Origin: Podarcis liolepis
Taxonomy: Eukaryota
DNA length: 64,000 nucleotides
NCBI GenBank assembly: GCA_965112155.1
Contig: OZ218099.1
Reading direction: 5' to 3' (one strand)
A model generated the notes under the pieces. It was not told where the DNA came from. It made no database searches and saw nothing but the letters and a program-made list of their open reading frames with translations. The translations under genes and the position numbers were made by a program. Numbering within the stretch: position 1 is the stretch's first letter; every line of letters begins with the position of its first letter. This document shows, in pieces, positions 56,291-64,000 of the stretch.

Positions 56291-57479
56291 TGATGTGTAG
56301 ATGACGTTTATGTGTGAAGCAGGATCCAGCACAGGAGATGCTTCCTGATGGAGAACAGACCGTCCCTATTTTCCTCGGAGAAACGTTGGAGGGAATGTAA
56401 CCATATACTTTCCATGCAAATGATCATCACAGAAGCTCAGTGGCTACTGATCCTACAGAGGGGGATTTAGAGTGGAGAAGCCTGGGGTGTAACAGTTTCC
56501 TTGCTCAACACTACTTTGCTCCTTGTAAAGGTTCTTCCAGGCATCTGTTTTATAGTGCATTCATGGTGCTTTGCACTTAGGATGGTATTGGGCCGTTTCA
56601 CACGATCCTGCTTTCAATTCTGTATGCAGAGGTGGATTTGGTGTGTGTGTGGCCGGTTCAGTGGCACTGGGCACGGAGCTGCAGGGGAAACCGCAATTAT
56701 GATTCAGAATGGCATGGAGGGTGGGTGGGAGGGGCACCAAATTTTGGCATCTCACAGGGCACTGCTGAAATTTGAGACCCCACTGCTGTATGGACCGGGA
56801 AAGGTTTTGGGGCAAATTTACTGCTATGTTTCCAATAAGTGCATATCCCATAACTTTCTGCTGACATCCTGTAACTTTTTTATACCACAAATGTTCTGGG
56901 ATGGTCCCGCTTTTGTGCACAATAATGCAAGAGTGTCCTTCCAGATGATAGTATTGCATTAACTTTAGGGAAGCATCACAGAACAACTACCGGTAGTAAA
57001 GTGGCTTGATGTGTGTAAATCTACCACTAAGGCACTATTATTGGTCAATATGTGAGAAGAATTCCAGTCTGGAGGGGCCCAACCTCTCTTCTTGCACCTT
57101 CTGCCATTTTAATATGTGGAGTGGGTGGGTGTGTCTTAACTCTCAGGGGTGGGTGGGCAATAACACAAATATTAATAGTTTAGTGTTTAGAGCATAGATA
57201 GGGAACGTGTGAACCACGAGATGTTGGACTCCCATCATTCCTGACCATTGGTTGTGCTGGCTGGGGCTGATGGGAATCAGAGTCTAAACAACATGAACTG
57301 AATTAAACTGATTATTGTGATACATTTCAGTCAAGGTTCAGGTTGACTGCTTATGGGGCTGAATTGCCCTTGATCGCCCTGATGGATGATCTTTTATAGG
57401 GTCATAGTCAGTGGGAGTGTAGATCCTCTTATTCTTACTTGATCACTCAGCAACTTTTGGCACCATGAACCAACTCAGT

Positions 57480-59010
57480 AAGATGGGTATTTGGGAGACT
57501 GTTTTACAGTGGTTCTGATCCCATCCCTGAGGTGTGCTTCAAAGAAGAGCATGGGTGATTGATTATTTTTTGGCTCCCAGGTGGTTGTGCTGTTGGATGC
57601 TGCAGGGACCATCTTGTCCCCAATGCTATTTAACATCTACATGAACCATTCTGAGTGGGCATTAGATTTGAGGTGAGGTGACATTAATAGGTTTATGATC
57701 CCCAGTTCTATGTCTTTGGGACATCTGAATCAGGAGAGGCCATGAAATTGGCAAGGTTGAGGTGCTGTAAGTGAGCAGCTCTTGAGTTTGGATAATTGGT
57801 CAATTGCCTGTTTTGGACAGGGTCATACTCCCCCTGAAGAAGCAGGTTTCTAGTCTGGGGATAATCCTGGATTCATCTGTGTCATTAGAGGCCCTGTTGA
57901 CTTCAGGATTGCCTTTTAGCAACTTCAGCTAGTAAGGCACCTACAGCTGTTCTTGGACCAGGATAGCTTAACCAGTGTCATCAGTGTACTATTAACCTCC
58001 AAACTGGATTACTATAATGTACTTTTTGTGGGGCTGCCCCAGAAGCTGCAGCTGGTGCAAAACATAGCACCTTGACTGCTTACTGGGGTAGAATATTACC
58101 ACCACATTACTTTAGTACTGAAGGGATTGCACTAGCTGCCGATTAGCTTGCAAGCTAAATTCAGGATTTTAATACTGTTAGAATTCCTGCTCCGTGACTG
58201 CAGTCATAGGATTGTTGTCTATCACATGACGGTATATGTTTTGATTCCACAGAGTGGGAAGTGATGGAGACAGGATGCTTGTGTTACTGTGTTCCGTGAA
58301 GTGGGACTATTGTCCTTTGTCTTTCCCTTTGCTGTCTGATGCTAGAGAGAGAGGGAGCCATGTTGCAGTGCTTTGTATGTGTTTATATGTAAATAAAGTA
58401 CCATAGATTAGCAAAAATGATGAGTTGCTGAGGTCTGTCATGCAAGTTGCGAAGATTCTGTGGATCCCAAGTGTGCTGGTGTCTGTTGGCATCGGTCGCT
58501 GTGCTGTTTGGGCTGAAGAAAGCTTTTGAAGCTCCTGAACGATCGACCAGGAGGAAGGGAACATGCCAGTTGGGCATGTGTCTCTGCCAGGGTCCTACTC
58601 GAGTGTAGGCTGAGCTCCTGACAAGTACTAGTGTGCAAAGCCCTGTGCAGTTTGGGACTAGGATGCCTAAAAGATTGTCTCATCCCTTATATATAACTGA
58701 TCACCACTACTCAGCAGGAAAGGGCCTCTTGCAGTTATTGTCTCTACAGGAGGTTCATTTCATGTAACACAGGAACTGGGTCTTTACTGTGGTGGCACCT
58801 ACCCTTTGGAACTCCTTCCTGTTATACATTGGATAAGTGCTGTCTTTACTGTCTTTTGGGTGCCTATTGAAGACCTTGGTTTTTTTCCAATAAGCCCTTT
58901 TAAGTGGATTTTTTTGTCCTCGTTTGTGTTGGATTTGAAATTGTTTTTATATATGTTTTCATTGTGGATATTTTGTTGCTTGTTTAAATTGCTTCAGAAT
59001 GTTTCATAGG
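57480..59010 (+). mobile_element. Older degraded L2-clade LINE, interrupted by an insertion
   Basis: Degenerate RT motifs (cagggaccatcttgtccccaatgctatttaacatctacatg; aaactggattactataat; ttgcactagctgcc) homologous to 54978-55850. Confidence 0.7.
58176..58698. mobile_element. Probable solo LTR inserted in the L2 relic
   Basis: About 520 bp, starts TGTTA and ends TAAC(T), internal AATAAA, retains CpGs; L2 homology stops and resumes at its edges. Confidence 0.5.
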
Positions 59011-59065
59011 AAGTGATTTCAATGAAATCAATGAAAACAGCCAGAGGGTCACAGGTCCAATGATC

Positions 59066-59066
<1 letters not shown>

Positions 59067-59104
<38 letters not shown>
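59067..59104. repeat. (GT)n microsatellite
   Basis: Perfect run. Confidence 0.98.
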
Positions 59105-59105
<1 letters not shown>

Positions 59106-61846
59106 AACATGTGTATACAATCCCACCCCACTCATCCATGTGTTACTGTTCAGCCCCCAACACTTACCTTTTCACTCTATGGGCCACTTCTGACAGTCCT
59201 TTATTAAACTCATTTTAAGATTTGCCCTCCACGTGCTTTTCTTTTTTCCTATACCTACAATTTTTCTGCTCATTTACTACTAATGTGAAAACGTCCGATT
59301 ACCCATCTGGTACAGGGGGTTTGGAACATGGACTTGAGTCGCATCCAGATGACCAGTTTGTTAAGCATTTATCCTGATTTTTTTCATACAAAATTTGCGA
59401 AGGGGTTATAAGATGTTGGCTCTTTATTGAACATTCTGACTTGTTTGCAGGGAGGTTTAGTGTTGCTTCAAGCAAATGTAATCCCACACTTTCTGGAGCA
59501 GTTATTGCAAAAAGTTTAACTTGGGATGGGTTGGGGAGGGAACAGAAAGCTAGTTTGTCGCAGAAGAGGTTCAAATCAGGTTTTAACTGTGCAACCTGAA
59601 ATTGTCAGTATGTGACTAGAGCCTTCTTGAAAATAGTGACACTGTATTTAGGTGTAAATTTATTGAAGTGGTTGTGACATGAAGGACACCCGTGAATTAT
59701 GCTCAGTTCATCAGAGGGAAAGGCAGGATTCCAACTCCAGGAGCAGCTGGGAGTGACTTACTTAGTGCAATTTTACCTCCCCTCTTACCACCACGAGAGC
59801 ATGCTATTTGCAATGGTTGTTTCATGTACAAGAGTGCAGTTCTCGTTTCCCTGCTCCCCTGCTGCTAAGGGTCATCTGCTAAGGAAACCGACAAGGAAGA
59901 AACCATCTGAGTCTTTATTGGACTGGCAGGGCATGTACAAAGAATGAACAGGGCTGGTACTGCAGTGAGGGGTTTCTATTGGGCGAGTGGCGGAGTGCTG
60001 TGCTTGGTGGCATTAGGTCGGTGTCTGTCTGCCACCTTCCCTGATCAGGACTGGGGAGGTACTCATTTCTGCAAAGAAGAAAATACAGTGGTGGTAGTGC
60101 AGCCAAGGATGGGAGCGTTTCCCTCCCTATAGAGCTGCCCATGGCACATACAGACACATAAATACAGAAACATTGAACAGACTTCCATCAAGATTCCAAG
60201 AGGCTGTGGGTGGATGCAGTGTGTGCTGTCGCTGTTTCTCATATTCACTGATGATCTGCATCTCGAAGTGTTACCTGACACCACCTGCCTGTAGAGAGCC
60301 AAAACCATCTATTGTAACCACAAGCTAGGAATGGCTTGGCCATTGAGTGCCTAGGTCCAAGCACCCCAATGATAGGAAAGGAAGGAAGGAAGGGGCTGCT
60401 ACTTGAACCCTGGGCATTCGTGGGTGATTACCGTAATCTAGGCAAATGATGGCATTTTCAAACTTTGCCTTTCATAAACTTCTGGACCCATTTCCAGCAC
60501 CTAAAGAGCTGCCTCCCAAGCTTGCTTCACTGTTTCATGGATGTCAGGACCACAGGGTTGTCAAAAGGCAGAGCATGCCTTACTGCCCACCCTGTCCGGT
60601 GTTATGTACTAAGCTTGGATCCTAGAACAATAGGCAAGTAGGATCCTAGAATGCAACAACTGATTGGTCTTTCTCTTTAGCTAGATTCAGCTAATGCTCC
60701 TTCATGCGTAATGCCCCTTCTGTGGCCCAGAAGAAATGTGCATAGATTTGCAGAGGCCCTATGTGTCTAGGCATTCACTTTACATCCATGACACCAAGTC
60801 AAACCTAGCCCCGGGACATGAACAAGTTTTGTAGAAAGTGTCATCCTGTAGATGCCTCTTGTGGACACGACACAGTACGGCACAGACAAGGCCTCATGTT
60901 GTTCCAGCCAGAAAACACAGGAAAGAAACAGAAATAAAGAGTTAATCAGTTGAATAACAAGGAGAATATCACAAGGCCACCCCGAGCAGGGCAAGGGTTA
61001 GTGACAGACTGTCAGAGAGACTCAATAAGGAAGGTTAATACGTGCATCATTCAGGAGTATTAATGGGGCCACAGGGGAAAGACATTGTGTGGATATGTAT
61101 GGAGGGACATCTTCTGAGGCGGAACTGCTCTTCTCTGCAGGGTGTGTGTTCCTGCTCTTCCTCAGTGGCAGAAAGTGATAGATTGGCTACTTTGCAAAAG
61201 GACACTGAAAACAGGTTTGGTAATTTAGTTTTTATGGAGGAATTCAACAGAGGGCTGAGGAGATTGCTCCATCCATGCAAGGTCTACTGCTAGCCTGATG
61301 GAACCATGTTCCCTCTCTTCCCCCTGCATGCTGTTTTGGAGGTTCTCCTGGACCCTCCAATAATTTGGGAGTGCATAGGAGGAGAGGGAAATTCCCATTG
61401 CACAGGCTTCTGCTAGTGGGACATGTTAGCTGACTCCAGCCCTCAAAGATCAGAAGCACAATATGACTGATTTACAGATAATGAGTGTTGTAGAACCTTG
61501 TGTTTGTTTATGCAGGTCTGGCTGGTAGATAGAACCAAGTAGGCTTGAAGGGGTGAAATGAAGAGAAGGAGAAGCTACTACATGAAGTAGCCCACAGTCT
61601 CATCTCGGAGGCCACAGTGGTTATGTAATGGCTAATCCCGGTTCCCTAATGTCCACAATGTACTTATATAGCACATCTCCTCGGAGGTACAAAAGGCAAT
61701 GGCCCACAAGAGAGCCTTTTCCATAATGGCTACAAAATTGTGGAATTTCCTCCTTACATGGGGGCATCAGACACCGTTTCTTGGCATGGTCATTGAAGAA
61801 GCACATCTTCTCATTGGCCTTTGACAGCTGAATCAGTATTGCTAGT

Positions 61847-62019
61847 CAGTGCTTTTTTCTGGGGGTACGCAGGGGTACACATACCCCTAAAGATTTTGTG
61901 AACCTTTGTACTTTTGTCCATTTACTGTATTTATTTCCCCCGATTTGAACAATGAAATGGTGATTTTCTTGAGTAAAAATGAGAGTACCCCTAAACATTT
62001 TTAAAGAAAAAAAGCACTG
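61847..62019. mobile_element. hAT-type MITE (173 bp)
   Basis: Terminal inverted repeat cagtgctttttt / aaaaaagcactg; perfect 8-bp target-site duplication ttgctagt. Confidence 0.9.
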
Positions 62020-63329
62020 TTGCTAGTGTTTCCCCACATACCATCTGTTTTGTTGATATGTACATATTGCATTGTATGGCACTTTGGGGTGGGGCTGTTT
62101 TATTTTATTATACTCCTTTTAATTTTTTTTAGATGGAACCTGCCCTGGGACATTATGGTGAAGGGCGGGTAACAAAAGTAAATGATGACGACGATGATGA
62201 TAGTATATGCAAGCAGAAATACATTTGCTGTACGTTACAATTTTGTAGATATAAATAGAATTAAGGTGGCCTTGAGAGAAAAATAGAGCATACCGGTATG
62301 TGGGTGTATGCATGTGTGTCTGCTTTTTCACATTAAAATCTTGAGTTACTTGTGTCAAGTGTGAATGTTATTAATGTGAAAACAAGGAAACAAACAAAAA
62401 TCAGAAGCCTCTTAGTATGCAGACATGCAAAATAAATTATGATGATACCAACTTTGTGTCAACTCCTTGCCATCTGCTCTGTGTAGAGATGGTAATAAGT
62501 GAACCCTACTTGTTGCTGCAAGTGAATGTGGGAACTAGCAGAAACTCTTGTTAACAGACAATAGTTACCACTTGGGATTTAAGCATCAGTTTAGCTTTAA
62601 GAAAATGTGAAGCAAACAATTTTAGTAATAAAAGGTAAGTTTTCTGCTAGTGTGCAGTGTCCTGAGGGAACAAGTGATACTGCCCTCTAGTAGGCAGAAT
62701 GTCTTTTAAGCGAAAATCATGGTAGTGGCACAGATGAAACTGATGTTTATTCGGAGATAGACAATGCTGCTTTTCATGGTATTGAATGCATTATATTTTC
62801 TTGGTATTCATCCTCCTACTTTCATCTCTAGTAAACATATTTTGCAGGGTTTTTTAATGCTTGCACAACAAAACATGAACTTTGATGGTGGTATGTTGGC
62901 AGTGAAATGTTCGCATTTTGTTTTCACCGTGATGCCTTTTCAGGATTTTTACTGCTATTATTTGCATTATTTTGCCATTTCAACTTGTTCTCCATTTCTG
63001 TTATTGTTCAATATTTAATATGGTTTTTAGTTATTGGCATGAATTGTTTATGTATGTCACCTTTTAGAGTGGAAAGACAGGGCAAACATTTTTAAAAAGT
63101 ACATCAAGCCTGATGAGCCACGGTGCCTCTACAACTCCTATTGCTTGTTTCCAGAAACAAGCTGTGTTTGCAGAAACAGGCTGTGACTGTGACATAGCCT
63201 GACTTACGTGCATTTCCAGCTGTGCTACAGTTATACTGCGCAGGTACCTTTTGGGGCTGGACCTAGACATGCGGGACTTACATTAGTCTCATTAACTGGG
63301 ACTTAATGGTTCTGCTCTAAGCATGGCTA

Positions 63330-63608
<279 letters not shown>

Positions 63609-63724
63609 CTAGGACTGATCTTACCTCCCTTAGGTATCATGGACTTCTAGCAGTCAGTATTTGGTATCAGATTCAGCAGAAAGAGCACCCTCCCATTAGC
63701 ACAACAGCTCTCTGTGGAGTATAA

Positions 63725-64000
63725 GAGATGCGGGTGGCGCTGTGGGTTAAACCACAGAGCCTAGGACTTGCTGATCAGAAGGTCAGCGGTTCGAATCCCT
63801 GTGACGGGATGAGCTCCCGTTGCTTGGTCCCTGCTCCTACCAACTTAGCAGTTCGAAAGCACATCAAAGTACAAGTAGATAAATAGGAACCGCTCCGGTG
63901 GGAAGGTAAACGCCGTTTCCATGCGCTGCTCTGGTTCGCCAGAAGCGGCTTAGTCATGCTGGCCACATGCTGTACACCAGCTCCCTCGGCCAATAAAGCA
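63725..64000 (+). mobile_element. Sauria SINE
   Basis: gggtggcgctgtgggttaaaccacagagcc...ggttcgaatccc...agcagttcgaaagcac...gtcatgctggccacatg, the characteristic Sauria SINE sequence. Confidence 0.9.

Overview
This is vertebrate genomic DNA, almost certainly from a squamate reptile (lizard). The evidence is a Sauria SINE, CR1-tailed tRNA SINEs and many short hAT/Tc-mariner MITEs. The window holds the conserved syntenic block CAMSAP3(+) / XAB2(-) / PET100(+) / PCP2(-), the same order as human 19p13.2. I reconstructed the exons by hand from GT-AG sites and reading-frame phase. CAMSAP3 has 18 coding exons in the window, including two frame-preserving microexons; its first coding exon is not in the window. 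XAB2/SYF1 is complete (19 exons, 852 aa) and PET100 is complete (4 exons, 74 aa); they share a bidirectional promoter with 275 bp between the start codons. The 3' part of PCP2 is present as two exons about 12 kb apart. Most ORF-track entries are spurious. I found no convincing wholly new biological system. The best leads are a PCP2 terminal exon encoding an extra degenerate GoLoco-like repeat, the CAMSAP3 microexon pair with splicing-regulator motifs, a nested DNA-transposon insertion, two different tRNA-headed SINEs sharing one CR1 tail (one inside the XAB2 3' UTR), and an unexplained long hairpin.
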